From positions 10,007 through 74,006 of the forward strand of contig JAGLDY010000015.1 of assembly GCA_023145375.1 (NCBI GenBank): 64,000 bases of DNA, given 5' to 3'. Positions 38,273 through 48,100 of the stretch are shown here, in pieces (the first letter of the stretch is position 1; each line of letters begins with the position of its first letter). The notes beneath the pieces were generated by a model that was not told the origin of the DNA, did no database searches, and saw nothing but the letters and a program-made list of their open reading frames with translations. This stretch comes from Candidatus Sabulitectum sp. (GTDB taxonomy: Bacteria; Fermentibacterota; Fermentibacteria; Fermentibacterales; JCC-6). Both the position numbers and the translations under genes were made by a program.

Positions 38273-39592
38273 ATGATAAAACATCTGAAAGAATCCGGAA
38301 AGAGAATTTCAGAGCAGGGTATGCATCATTTCCGAAATGGTGAACACAGAGTCCATCTGCGAATCAGTGAGAACGGCCGGGGAATACTAACAGTGGACGC
38401 GTCACGGATAATTCACCTTAATCCTGTGGCTGTTGATATGGCCTGGATGATACTCTCTGAGATTCCAGATAAGTACATTCTTAAGTCTCTCAGAAGAAGA
38501 TATTCTGTAAAAAAGAAGCAGGCAGCGAATGATCTGGAAGAGTTTGGTAAAGTTCTCAACGACATTCTGGAAACTGGGGCTTCAGAACCGATCACTTTTG
38601 TCAACATGGAAGTGACAGAACCTTTCCAGGCTGAAGTCGAGGTACCGTACAGGATGGACCTTGCTCTTACTTACAGGTGCAACATCAACTGCGGTCACTG
38701 TTACAACCAGACCCGTGAGAAGAATGAACTTTCAACTGAACAGTGGAAGACCATAATGAAGAAGATCTGGGATCTGGGTATCCCTCATGTGATATTCACA
38801 GGCGGTGAGTCTACCCTTCGTGACGACCTCGAGGAACTGATCCAGTACGCGGAAGCCCTGGGCCTTGTAACAGGTCTGCTTACAAACGGAGTAAAGCTGT
38901 CAAACGAGGTTTATCTGCAGAGCCTTGTTGACGCAGGTCTTGATCACATTCAGATAACCTTGGAATCAAGTGAAAGAGATACACACAACAAAATGACAGG
39001 CGCTGACAGCTTTGACAGCACTGTACAGGGGATCAGAAACTGCGTGAAAGCAGGTATCCACACCATTACAAACACCACCATAACCGAGGAGAACAGTGAG
39101 GGTATGGCCGATACAATGCAATTCGCTCACGACCTGGGTCTTTCCTCGGTGGCGGCTAATACCATAATACACAGCGGCAAAGCCCTTGAAGGTGATTTTG
39201 CGGTGAGCACAGATAAACTGGAAAACATAATTCTCTCAATGAATGAGAAGATCGAAGAACTGGGAATGAGGTTCATCTGGTACTCGCCCACAAGATACTG
39301 CAGTTTCAATCCCCTGGAGTTCGATCTCGGAGCAAAGAGGTGCACAGCAGGTGAATACAACCTCTGTATCGAGCCGGATGGTGAGGTACTCCCATGCCAG
39401 AGCTGGTACGAATCTGCCGGCAACATCCTGACATCAGAGTGGGATTCTATCTGGAACAGTGACTTGATGAAGAATGCCCGTAACAGAGAATGGGTGGACG
39501 ATGTTTGCAGGGAGTGTGTTGACTTGAGCCTTTGCGGAGGAGGATGCCCCCTTGAAAAGAAGAACGGAGCCCCCTGCAGGGACTCAATGTAA
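38273..39592 (+). CDS. Radical SAM enzyme with a C-terminal SPASM domain, and an N-terminal domain I read as a PqqD-like RiPP recognition element. A putative peptide/protein-modifying maturase.
   Basis: The ATG lies 2 nt after the DUF2207 stop, with a GGAGGAAGG RBS. The N-terminal 90 aa (VDASRIIHLNPVAVDMAWMILSE...) resemble a PqqD-like RRE. The radical SAM motif is CNINCGHC (CX3CX2C), and the C-terminal Cys cluster (CSFNP...CTAGEYNLCIEPDGEVLPC...CRECVDLSLCGGGCP) is typical of SPASM. Confidence 0.8.
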   Translation: MIKHLKESGKRISEQGMHHFRNGEHRVHLRISENGRGILTVDASRIIHLNPVAVDMAWMILSEIPDKYILKSLRRRYSVKKKQAANDLEEFGKVLNDILETGASEPITFVNMEVTEPFQAEVEVPYRMDLALTYRCNINCGHCYNQTREKNELSTEQWKTIMKKIWDLGIPHVIFTGGESTLRDDLEELIQYAEALGLVTGLLTNGVKLSNEVYLQSLVDAGLDHIQITLESSERDTHNKMTGADSFDSTVQGIRNCVKAGIHTITNTTITEENSEGMADTMQFAHDLGLSSVAANTIIHSGKALEGDFAVSTDKLENIILSMNEKIEELGMRFIWYSPTRYCSFNPLEFDLGAKRCTAGEYNLCIEPDGEVLPCQSWYESAGNILTSEWDSIWNSDLMKNARNREWVDDVCRECVDLSLCGGGCPLEKKNGAPCRDSM

Positions 39593-40232
39593 AAGGGATC
39601 AGCTGTGGGATATCTACAGAAGACAGTTCCATGAGCTGGCGCCTCTCCGCAGGCACATCTGTTCACAGCTTCCTCTCAGGAAGATCCACAGTCTCTTTGA
39701 ACCGGGCTGTGGAACCGGGCTTCTGGGGAATGAGCTTCAGAGCCTTACTGATGCCGCCTACACAGGGATGGACATCGATCCGAGTATTCTACCTGAAGGT
39801 GAAAGTAACAGATTCCTGGCCGGTGATGCCGTTAAGAACCCTCTTCACGCCGATCTTTATGTCTCTTCCTTTTTCTTCTCCAGTGTGGATAAACCTGTAA
39901 AGTGGTTGAAAAAGGTGCGGAAGAACCTTTCATCGGACGGATTGTTCGCGGTCTTTGCTGAATACGACTACACCCGGATAAGTGAATCTCCGGATACCGG
40001 CCTGGGTGATCTGATCAGAGCAGGTCTTGAGAGGGACAGCATTAATACGACCAATGGAAGTCAGCTTGATCTATTCTTTCAAGAAGCAGGCTTCAGGAAA
40101 CAGGCAGGCGGTGAAGTTCAGAGTTCTCTTCAAAAGCCGGACAGAGCTTTCCTGGAGATGCACACGGAGAACCTCCCGGATGATATTCCCCTTATGTCAT
40201 GGAGAATCGTCTGGGGTATCTGGAGGAGCTGA
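39552..40232 (+). CDS. Class I SAM-dependent methyltransferase
   Basis: Motif I is LFEPGCGTGLLG. It overlaps the 3' end of the rSAM gene, so the two are probably co-transcribed. Confidence 0.6.
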   Translation: MKRRTEPPAGTQCKRDQLWDIYRRQFHELAPLRRHICSQLPLRKIHSLFEPGCGTGLLGNELQSLTDAAYTGMDIDPSILPEGESNRFLAGDAVKNPLHADLYVSSFFFSSVDKPVKWLKKVRKNLSSDGLFAVFAEYDYTRISESPDTGLGDLIRAGLERDSINTTNGSQLDLFFQEAGFRKQAGGEVQSSLQKPDRAFLEMHTENLPDDIPLMSWRIVWGIWRS

Positions 40233-40634
40233 GATTGAAACAAGCAACAACGCCAGGACTCCCAGCCCACCCAGGTAGATAAACAGGTCCAGGCGAACTG
40301 CTGACCCTATTGCAGTTCTTGGCATAAAACCCAGTACGAATGCCATTGCCGAGGAAACTGCTAAATGGACTGATAGTTTTTTGCTTCGCTTTTTATAGAG
40401 TTTGATCACTGCACTCAGAGAAGAACTGAACATCAGTAACGCGGCAATGCCCGCGAGAAGGTTTATGGTGTAGTTGTTCTCGGGGAAACCACTGCTGTAC
40501 CTGAGGTATTGAACAACATCCGCAATTCCTGTGAAGAACCCAGCCACTACTGAAATCCACAGAAACAGTGATACCGAACTTACAGAGATCCTGCGTGCAG
40601 CTTCAGTAAATAGTTTCGTAAATGCCTCTTTCAC
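40197..40634 (-). CDS. Integral membrane protein with about four TM helices
   Basis: It has four hydrophobic helices. It is convergent with the methyltransferase and overlaps its 3' end. Confidence 0.45.
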   Translation of the reverse strand: MKEAFTKLFTEAARRISVSSVSLFLWISVVAGFFTGIADVVQYLRYSSGFPENNYTINLLAGIAALLMFSSSLSAVIKLYKKRSKKLSVHLAVSSAMAFVLGFMPRTAIGSAVRLDLFIYLGGLGVLALLLVSISAPPDTPDDSP

Positions 40635-40815
40635 TTCTGATTGGCATCCAGGTGGTGACCACCGGCTATCAGGGTCTCTGTGTCATACGATCTGCCGTGA
40701 ACAGGGGCCACTTCATCCCAGTGTTTCCTGTTGATCTCTTCTGCTTTGTAATCTCTGGCCATAGTATTCTCCCAAAAGAATGCCCCCCGGGCAGGGGGGC
40801 ACTGCACAGTCTGGT

Positions 40816-41574
40816 TTAGAAGATAAAAGGGTTGAAAAGCCTCAGCCCTGTTATATCCTGATACTGGCTGGAGTTCAGTACAACAAAATCTGCTGCCACT
40901 GTGTCAACCCAGAAATGGGCGAAATCACCATTGCGCAGCTGAACAAAGAAGCCTGAAGCGTTCTGCGCCGCTGAAGAGTTCTTCCAGGCGGCGTCACCGG
41001 GGCCTGGTGCAAGGTAGTTTGAAGACAGTGCAATCATTGCACCCGTGCCTCCTGGATAGATCGCAGGGTCGGAGTTGCCGCTGTAGAAGAGAATGGTGTC
41101 ACCGGATTTTGCAATGTAGAGATCCTGAGCAAAAGATGGATCGGTGGCATCTCCGAGAGCGGTATGTGACGCCTGGAACTGGAGGCCGTTTGTGGCGCCT
41201 ACGGTGAGCGTGTCGTCGATGAGGTACATTTCTGCTCTGTCGTTAGCCTTGTTGGACTGATCTTCAGAGGAGTCAATGCCTTTGATGGCATCAACACAGT
41301 AATACCCTGTGCTCGTTGCAATATGCTGGGTGATGGTACCTTCAACCTGGGAGATAATGCTCCAGTCCCCAGGATCTGTGTCAGAGAACCAGACCCTGTA
41401 TCCGTCCACTTCCACAGTTACAGCATCCCAGGCGACAATAACTGTATCGCCTTTACATTCAGTTTCCATTATCCTGCAGTTCTGAACTATTGGCAGAGTG
41501 CCCGGGGGTGAGTCCGGAGAATCAGAACATGCTGCAAAAAGAATCAGTACTGAAAGAAAAACCAGATACTTCAT
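40816..41574 (-). CDS. Lipoprotein, hypothetical
   Basis: MKYLVFLSVLILFAACS has a signal peptide and lipobox. Confidence 0.5.
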   Translation of the reverse strand: MKYLVFLSVLILFAACSDSPDSPPGTLPIVQNCRIMETECKGDTVIVAWDAVTVEVDGYRVWFSDTDPGDWSIISQVEGTITQHIATSTGYYCVDAIKGIDSSEDQSNKANDRAEMYLIDDTLTVGATNGLQFQASHTALGDATDPSFAQDLYIAKSGDTILFYSGNSDPAIYPGGTGAMIALSSNYLAPGPGDAAWKNSSAAQNASGFFVQLRNGDFAHFWVDTVAADFVVLNSSQYQDITGLRLFNPFIF

Positions 41575-41637
41575 CGTAACCTCCCTTTTGAGTTCCACTC
41601 AAAATTATACAGTATCACAGCAAACACAATTTGTTTA

Positions 41638-42108
41638 TCACTTTCCTGCGCTGTGCTCCTGCTGACTCTCCATGGATACAACATCTGCAAGATCCCTGTG
41701 TCTTCCAGAGGCCATTTTGTTCACGATCAGATCGTTCCTGGATATGACGGAGATACTGATGTCATCTATCTCTATGATGTTTCTACGTTCATAGCATGTG
41801 CTGAAACTGATTCCATCAGCATCATTTATTATGTCGATCTGTACAGGTGATCTTCCCATCCGGAATACATTACCTTTTTCCTGAAAAACCTCATTCGCAA
41901 CAGTTGGTGCCCCGAAAGCAAGAAGTGCCTGCTGCAGTTTCTCGATATTATTATCATCCGTTGCTATGAGAAAATCAATATCTCCAGTTGCTCGCGGATT
42001 CCCGTAAAGACCAACAGCCCAGCCACCTAACAGCAGGTAATGAACATCATGATCGTTTAAGAACTGTATAAACTCTTTGAAGTCTTCCGGTAGTTGCCTC
42101 AGGCCCAT
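41638..42108 (-). CDS. Minimal nucleotidyltransferase-fold protein (MNT/AbiEii-like)
   Basis: It has LLGGWAVGLYGNPRATGDIDFLI, a GG...R.T.DIDF nucleotidyltransferase motif. Confidence 0.5.
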   Translation of the reverse strand: MGLRQLPEDFKEFIQFLNDHDVHYLLLGGWAVGLYGNPRATGDIDFLIATDDNNIEKLQQALLAFGAPTVANEVFQEKGNVFRMGRSPVQIDIINDADGISFSTCYERRNIIEIDDISISVISRNDLIVNKMASGRHRDLADVVSMESQQEHSAGK

Positions 42109-42250
42109 AAAAGCATTCCCTCAGGTATGTGATCGTTGTGAATTTTTCTGTTGCATCTGCTTCTGCCCAGTATCGAATATCTTCTTTTTCCTGATCTTCA
42201 GAGCTGCCAATACTGACAGCCTTTCTATCAATTCTTTCGTCCATATACAT
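42047..42250 (-). CDS. Small ORF upstream of and overlapping the nucleotidyltransferase. Coding status is uncertain.
   Basis: It is 67 aa and overlaps the nucleotidyltransferase gene by 62 nt. It has no recognisable domain. Confidence 0.2.
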   Translation of the reverse strand: MYMDERIDRKAVSIGSSEDQEKEDIRYWAEADATEKFTTITYLRECFYGPEATTGRLQRVYTVLKRS

Positions 42251-42373
42251 CCTTCATTATGCAGTAGTTAAGAAGTATCGTACTGCGAACAACTGCAATC
42301 AAATCAGCTGGTCTTCCTCTATCCTAATCTAAAATAGTGCCCTGATCGCCTTGCTGCAAGGCTCTCTTTCCAG

Positions 42374-42823
42374 TCAATCAAGAGTTTTCCCGGAAACATT
42401 CAGAAACTGTTCAAGCTGGATATCTCCGTTAATGGCCATTACGAGTTCCCCTGCTCCAACTGCGATCTTGTCTACTCTGAGATCCCCTTTGATCCCCGAA
42501 TTGATCAATGCTGCCTGAGGATCAAAGACAAGAGTTCTGTCCATAAGAGTGATGCCCCAATCCGAGCCCTTTTCAACCACTTTTTTCAGGATCCTGCTCA
42601 CCAGCGGATTGCCCAGAGCCCCCATATCAATGGTTGCTGAAAGATGCCTCCCGTCAGCAGCAAAGAAGATATTGATCTTGATCGAGATCCCTTTCTTTAT
42701 CGTTACTAACAGTTTGCCACTTAGGCACTCAACGGAGATCTCACTCACCGGAAGATCCAGCTTTGCCAGAATTTCGTTGATCTCTTTGTCTGAGAACGAG
42801 ATTACAGCTGATCTGATCTTCAT
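42374..42823 (-). CDS. Hypothetical protein
   Basis: It is a 149-aa ORF with good coding periodicity. I recognised no motif. Confidence 0.4.
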   Translation of the reverse strand: MKIRSAVISFSDKEINEILAKLDLPVSEISVECLSGKLLVTIKKGISIKINIFFAADGRHLSATIDMGALGNPLVSRILKKVVEKGSDWGITLMDRTLVFDPQAALINSGIKGDLRVDKIAVGAGELVMAINGDIQLEQFLNVSGKTLD

Positions 42824-42847
42824 TGAATCAATCCTTCCGGTTCTGTG

Positions 42848-43810
42848 TTACACTGTGAACTTAATATCTTCTGCGGGCAAAGGCAGTATTACTCCCCTGG
42901 TGGCAGGATCAATGGGTTCCATGAGCTTGTTCTTGAACTCCTGAGAAAAGAGCTTTTCAAAATCAATCTTATCAACAGCTCCTTCCAGACCTTCATTTTT
43001 TCTGCGAATAATTCTGCACACCAGTTCAGCAACCATGTGATCCACGGGAAGCAGGGTTTTCTCTCCGATAAGTCTTACATTGTCTGTGAATTCGTTGTTC
43101 TTTAATCTTACATTGATAAGGGAAGATTGCCCGACAATATCACCTGAATCTATTTTTGTGGAAACTTTGTGGATGGTAACTCTTGTGGTTTCCGCTTTTC
43201 TTGCAACAAGATCTTCCCATGGCTGGGGTCCCGCTCCGTGGTGGTGAAGCAGGTCAGCAGGGTGGACATTATAGATACCGTACTCCGGGTAATCAATAAT
43301 TGGTTGATCTATAAGCTGCCCGAAACCGCATACCACTATAAGGTCGGGGTTCCACTTCTTCAGGAGATCTCTGAAAAACTCACACTTAACATCTCCGGTG
43401 TAGCACGGCACACCGAATGTGAGAGCCGATTCAATGACACCACGCTCATACTCTTCCTGCTCTTCACTGTCATAGTAGCGCCAGATTCTTCTTTTCTTCG
43501 AAATTTTCGCATCTTTGTCAGTTGGATCATCGGTGACAAGCCCCACAATATTCAGTTTTCCCGGAAGTCTTCTTTCCGAAAGCTTCAGTGTTTCAAAAGC
43601 GAGAATGCCCAGAGTCCAACTGCAGATGGCCATTACCTTTAGACCTTCGTGGTTCTTGCTCCTGGTTTCATCCTTCGCAGGCAGGATCAGTTCTCCCCAC
43701 CTTACTCCATCCGGAAAACTTATCCTTCTCTCTGGATTGTGCTTCATTATTGAAGTCAGGAGTTCTGCCCTTTGTGTAAGCTGATGTAGTTTCTGAGTAT
43801 GGATTGCCAA
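42848..43810 (-). CDS. Formyltransferase-domain protein (Fmt/ArnA N-terminal-like)
   Basis: It has NVHPADLLHHHG (compare the NxHPSLLP motif) and an upstream Rossmann-like region IVVCGFGQLI. Confidence 0.5.
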   Translation of the reverse strand: MAIHTQKLHQLTQRAELLTSIMKHNPERRISFPDGVRWGELILPAKDETRSKNHEGLKVMAICSWTLGILAFETLKLSERRLPGKLNIVGLVTDDPTDKDAKISKKRRIWRYYDSEEQEEYERGVIESALTFGVPCYTGDVKCEFFRDLLKKWNPDLIVVCGFGQLIDQPIIDYPEYGIYNVHPADLLHHHGAGPQPWEDLVARKAETTRVTIHKVSTKIDSGDIVGQSSLINVRLKNNEFTDNVRLIGEKTLLPVDHMVAELVCRIIRRKNEGLEGAVDKIDFEKLFSQEFKNKLMEPIDPATRGVILPLPAEDIKFTV

Positions 43811-43833
43811 GCCACTTGAAGAAGGGGTGGTAC

Positions 43834-44007
43834 TTACTTCAATTTCTTTATTATGTGTTTTGCTAATGATTCGCCAATCTTTCTGTGTCTTGGGATAGGT
43901 TGAGATATTTTGGTTGTTGTGTTCATGAACCAGTCATGCTTCCCGCCATGTCTTACAAGAACACAGCCGGATTTTGTCAGGATTTTTATCAGATCAATTC
44001 GCTTCAT
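43834..44007 (-). CDS. hicA: HicA-family mRNA interferase toxin (57 aa, so below the ORF-track cutoff)
   Basis: The manual minus-strand translation is MKRIDLIKILTKSGCVLVRHGGKHDWFMNTTTKISQPIPRHRKIGESLAKHIIKKLK. The GxxxxRxxGSH-like core and the PRH segment are consistent with HicA. The start overlaps the hicB stop in an ATGA overlap. Confidence 0.6.
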   Translation of the reverse strand: MKRIDLIKILTKSGCVLVRHGGKHDWFMNTTTKISQPIPRHRKIGESLAKHIIKKLK

Positions 44008-44195
44008 GCGAATTCAAGTACTCCCTCATGAAGAACATGCGGTATCACACCCGAATTCAGGTCCAGATAGATGTCTTTAAGGTTATCTGTCAGTTCATCC
44101 AGAGTCTTTCCCTGGGTCCGATAGTCTGGAAAATCCTGTAAGAACCCAACAAAAACACCATCGTCTTCATAGTATATGTATTTGTGTTTCTCCAT
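44004..44195 (-). CDS. hicB: HicB-like (UPF0150) antitoxin, a short form without a recognisable DNA-binding domain
   Basis: MEKHKYIYYEDDGVFVGFLQDFPDYRTQGKTLDELTDNLKDIYLDL matches the HicB N-terminal domain pattern (...YxaxxPDLPGxxxxGxTxEEAxxNxxEAxxLxLE). Confidence 0.55.
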   Translation of the reverse strand: MEKHKYIYYEDDGVFVGFLQDFPDYRTQGKTLDELTDNLKDIYLDLNSGVIPHVLHEGVLEFA

Positions 44196-44294
44196 GTTTC
44201 CTCCTTTAGCCTTGCTCAGATAGTATTAGCATATCACTTCAGCATTAACTGTCAACTGTAAAGCTAACAGGTATGCTTCTGACAATTCTCAAAG

Positions 44295-45137
44295 TCATTT
44301 CATGATCACAAGGTGATCCTGCATTTGAATAAGCGGTACTTTGTTCACCCAGAAGTTGCTGTGGACGTACTCAGTGATCTCTTCCTTCTGGCTGCCGGTG
44401 TACTGGTGCACATTGGGGTAGAGGAGGATCATCCACACAACAGCCATGAACTTCTCGAAGTCGTCAATCCAGAATTTTACTCCGTGGGTCTTTCTGGTGA
44501 ATACCGCGTCTTTGAAGGCTTTGTTCTTTTCCAGTTCTCTGCCGAATGATCTCAGATCCTGATCGTTGTTACAGTCAAAGAATTTCCCAGCGAAGTGGTT
44601 GTAAAGCCAGGTTGTGGTGGTGTGGTCCTCACTTTTCGAGGCCATCATCACAGTGTGAATTGCTCCCTGGCGGGCGAGGATCTTCCGGTAAAGACTATCG
44701 AACAGCCTTGTCCAATCAGTTTCCCTGCAGTAGTAGAGAGAATGATGGAGAGTTATCAGATCCTGTCTTTTCTCTGACAGATGGCTTTTCAGGAAAGACT
44801 CTGCGGAAGAAGGAGCAAGGAGCTCTTTTGTGTAATCTCCCTGAATAGTGGATACATTTTCTATCCACCTCTGCTCCGCATATCCTCTGACAATACCAAG
44901 GGGGACATCGTCAATGTCAAGAAGGTTAACACTGCCTTGAAAAGCAGCTTCCAGTATCTTAAGTTGAGGCTCCGAGCCTGATCCTATGGAAAGAACATCC
45001 AATTCTCTGGAGAGGGGCAGGGTTTTGTTCAACCCTCGTATCACTTGCATGAGTTCACAGCCGATATCTGTCTTATCTCCACTGTATTGTGACCAGATAA
45101 GATCCTCGTCGTACATATCAGAGTCTCCGGCGCTCAT
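44295..45137 (-). CDS. Hypothetical protein, possibly a class I methyltransferase-like fold
   Basis: LDVLSIGSGSEPQ resembles motif I. The assignment is weak. Confidence 0.35.
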   Translation of the reverse strand: MSAGDSDMYDEDLIWSQYSGDKTDIGCELMQVIRGLNKTLPLSRELDVLSIGSGSEPQLKILEAAFQGSVNLLDIDDVPLGIVRGYAEQRWIENVSTIQGDYTKELLAPSSAESFLKSHLSEKRQDLITLHHSLYYCRETDWTRLFDSLYRKILARQGAIHTVMMASKSEDHTTTTWLYNHFAGKFFDCNNDQDLRSFGRELEKNKAFKDAVFTRKTHGVKFWIDDFEKFMAVVWMILLYPNVHQYTGSQKEEITEYVHSNFWVNKVPLIQMQDHLVIMK

Positions 45138-45182
45138 CCCCTTTTTGATCAGTTCTCTCTGGGTGATATCCTTCTCCTGCCT

Positions 45183-48100
45183 TTATCTCAGTATGACCAG
45201 CTTTCTTGATGTTTCTGTTTCAGCGGAGAACCGGAGGAAGTAAACTCCCGGTGAAAGGTTAGAGACATCCAGACTTACATCTGCATTTACCGGGGAAGCT
45301 CCTGTGTTCTCACTTACAAGCCTTCCGGAAATGTCGTAGATACCAAGGGTCCACTCTCTCTGGATCTCTGAGAACAGGTGAACATTTACTGATGAGTGTG
45401 AAGGATTTGGGTAGGGAGAACCCATGGGAGAATCCGGCTTCAGGAATCCTCCAGGGTTGCCTGTGTATCCTGTGTAGGCTCCCTCTATTGTGATATCGTC
45501 AATGAAGAAGCCTGTTCCAGTGTCGCCGTCGTTGTCTGTTTTGAATCGGAACTCAAGTTGAACTCCTGTTCCTGCTTCATACATGGAGAGATCGTATGAA
45601 TAGGGTACCCAGCCGGTTTCATTTCCCTTGCCTGCCGGTTTACCAAGTGCTCCACCTGACCCGATGAAATCCAGGGTATCTGAGGAAAGGTCAGTCAGGT
45701 CCTGTATGATGAGATAAATGCCGTCACTGCCGTAAATAGCCACATCAAAAGTGGTCCAGAACTCAATGGAAGCATCTGGCGCCAGCGTCAGTTCAGGGGA
45801 GAGTAACCCACAGTCCATGTTGTCCACGTAACCGCCTGAGCCACCGCAGTACCATGAGTGGGAGGGTGAATGGCTGACGGTATCCGTGATGTTCCACAGG
45901 TCATTCGTGCCCGAGTGTGTCCATCCGGAAGCCCCGGATTCAACATCGTTTGAGATCCCTGTTTCACCCACAGTGAGCCTCAGCGTGTCCTCCGTGGTGT
46001 AGTTGGCGGTTTCAGCAGCAATATCGAAGTGGAACCACGGGAAAGATGGAGAGGGTGCACTTGAAGAGAGTTCACAGGTGAATGAAAGTGTTCGTGTGCT
46101 GTCCTCCGGGATTGAACTTACCCATGCGGAATCCTCCGGCCAGGAAACCCATGCAGGAAACTCAACCATCTGCACCGCTACGCCTGTTGCTGCGAGGAGC
46201 CCGAGATTGGCAATGTTCACATCAAGCTGGAAAGTCTCTCCCGGTTCCGGAACTCCGTTACCGTTTCCGCTGGCATCGTCATCAACAGAGTAAGTAGTAA
46301 AGTAAAGCCCAGGTGCGTACACTAGAAGAGGTATCGATACATCCCAGCTGCCCTCACCTGCTGTGATCTGCCCGCTCAGTGTTACTACTGAACCAGTTGA
46401 AGCGGAGCCGTTCACTGCAAGTGCCAGCAGTGGTGACCCGGTGGATTCACTTCCCGCAGGGATGCTACCAAAAGAACTGGAGCTCTGGGTCAGAGTTCCA
46501 GGGCCGGTTATGGAAGTAATGTTGATCTCAACCGTCGACAGGTCTTCGTTTCCCTGATTCAGAAGGGTGATAACAAGATCAGCGGAAGCCCCGGGAGAAA
46601 GATGTCCCAGGCTCTGATCATCATCTATGACAAGCAGTGAGATAACTGGATCAGGCCCGGAAGACTGGTCAACGACAACGGTTGTTCTTTTGATACCGGG
46701 TCCTGTAACGGTGAGTGTTACACTTCCCGTCACCGGTTCTGTTAAGAGAAAGTTGAATTGACCTGTCGGGTCAAGTTCTGTAACGATCCAGTTGTTCCCG
46801 TCGTCTTGAACACATGCTATCAGACCCTCGGGGTCCACTCCGGTGATCTGCACAGGGAAGATCTCAGTATTTGCCGTGACCAGGTCCGGGCACTGAACTT
46901 CTATTGCCGCAGGAGTTGTTCTGTATGGTCTGAAGGAAGGGTCGCCAAGAAGGTTCACATCGTACTGATGCCACCTGTACACATTTTCCCACTGGCTGTA
47001 AGGTATGAAATACTCTTTTGTATGTGCCAGCAGTTCTCCCAGCGTGAGGGACCAGTCGCTGTAAAGGTAATCGAAGAAAAGGTGGTCCAGAGCGTCTGAA
47101 TAACCGTAAAGGGGATTACCCGGGGAGCCCCACCCGTAGCTGGAGTTTCCTATGTACCCAATGCTTCCCCCTGATGCGTTGGTAAGGAAATGTTCGGCAA
47201 TGGCGTCGTAATCGAACGAGGCACCCCAGCAGCCTATAGAGTACATTACCGAGGCAAATCTTCCATCCGAATCGATTGCATTTACGTCACTGATGTACAT
47301 GTAATCATCACCAACACCCAGGCACGAATACCATGCATGCCCATCGTGGTTTATGAGATTCTGCCCTGCGTTCAAAGCGGCCATCGTGGTGTACAGGTTC
47401 TCGTTCCCCAGAGCCTTATAGAGTTTTGTGATGTTCAGGTAACCAGGAAGAAAGTGTTCTTCTATGTAGTCCTTGCTATCTCCGGAATTGGTGTAAGGAC
47501 TTGTCCACAGAACCTCTGCCAGAAACAGGACATTCTGATAGAAGTCATCTTTTAAGCATTCTTCGTAAGCACCGATGTTGTTAACGAATATCTGAGCTTC
47601 TGTTGTATTCTCAACAGTTGCTCTTCCCACGAAGATGTCAGGATGCAGATCCACATCATCGGCGATCTCACCGAAGAGGTCATTCATGTTCGCGTCCCAG
47701 GTTCCGTCCAGGTCGGAGAAGTAGAGATCACAGGGCAGACTGTCCTCCCGTGGGTCGTATCCCGCCTCGCAGGTCATGGCGTAAGCGTATCTGAAAGGCA
47801 CAAGGTTCGTATCTCCTCCCAGAAGAAGATAGTCCAGACCGTTCTCGGTGTAGTAATCCTTCACATAGTTGCGAAGCTTCTCAGCATTGTCTCTTCCGGA
47901 AGCCGCTGCGTATATCACATCCATGGTAACTATTTCTGTAAGAATACCCTGTGCAGTTCTTCGATCTGCAAGCAACTGAAAGATTGTTTCAAGGGAAGAG
48001 TCAGTTACTATGAGCATCCTCTTAAAATCGTAGTCTTTCCCTCCACTGCAGAAAGGTCTTTCCATAAGAGGGGCTGTCTCAATTCTGACCTCAAGTGAGG

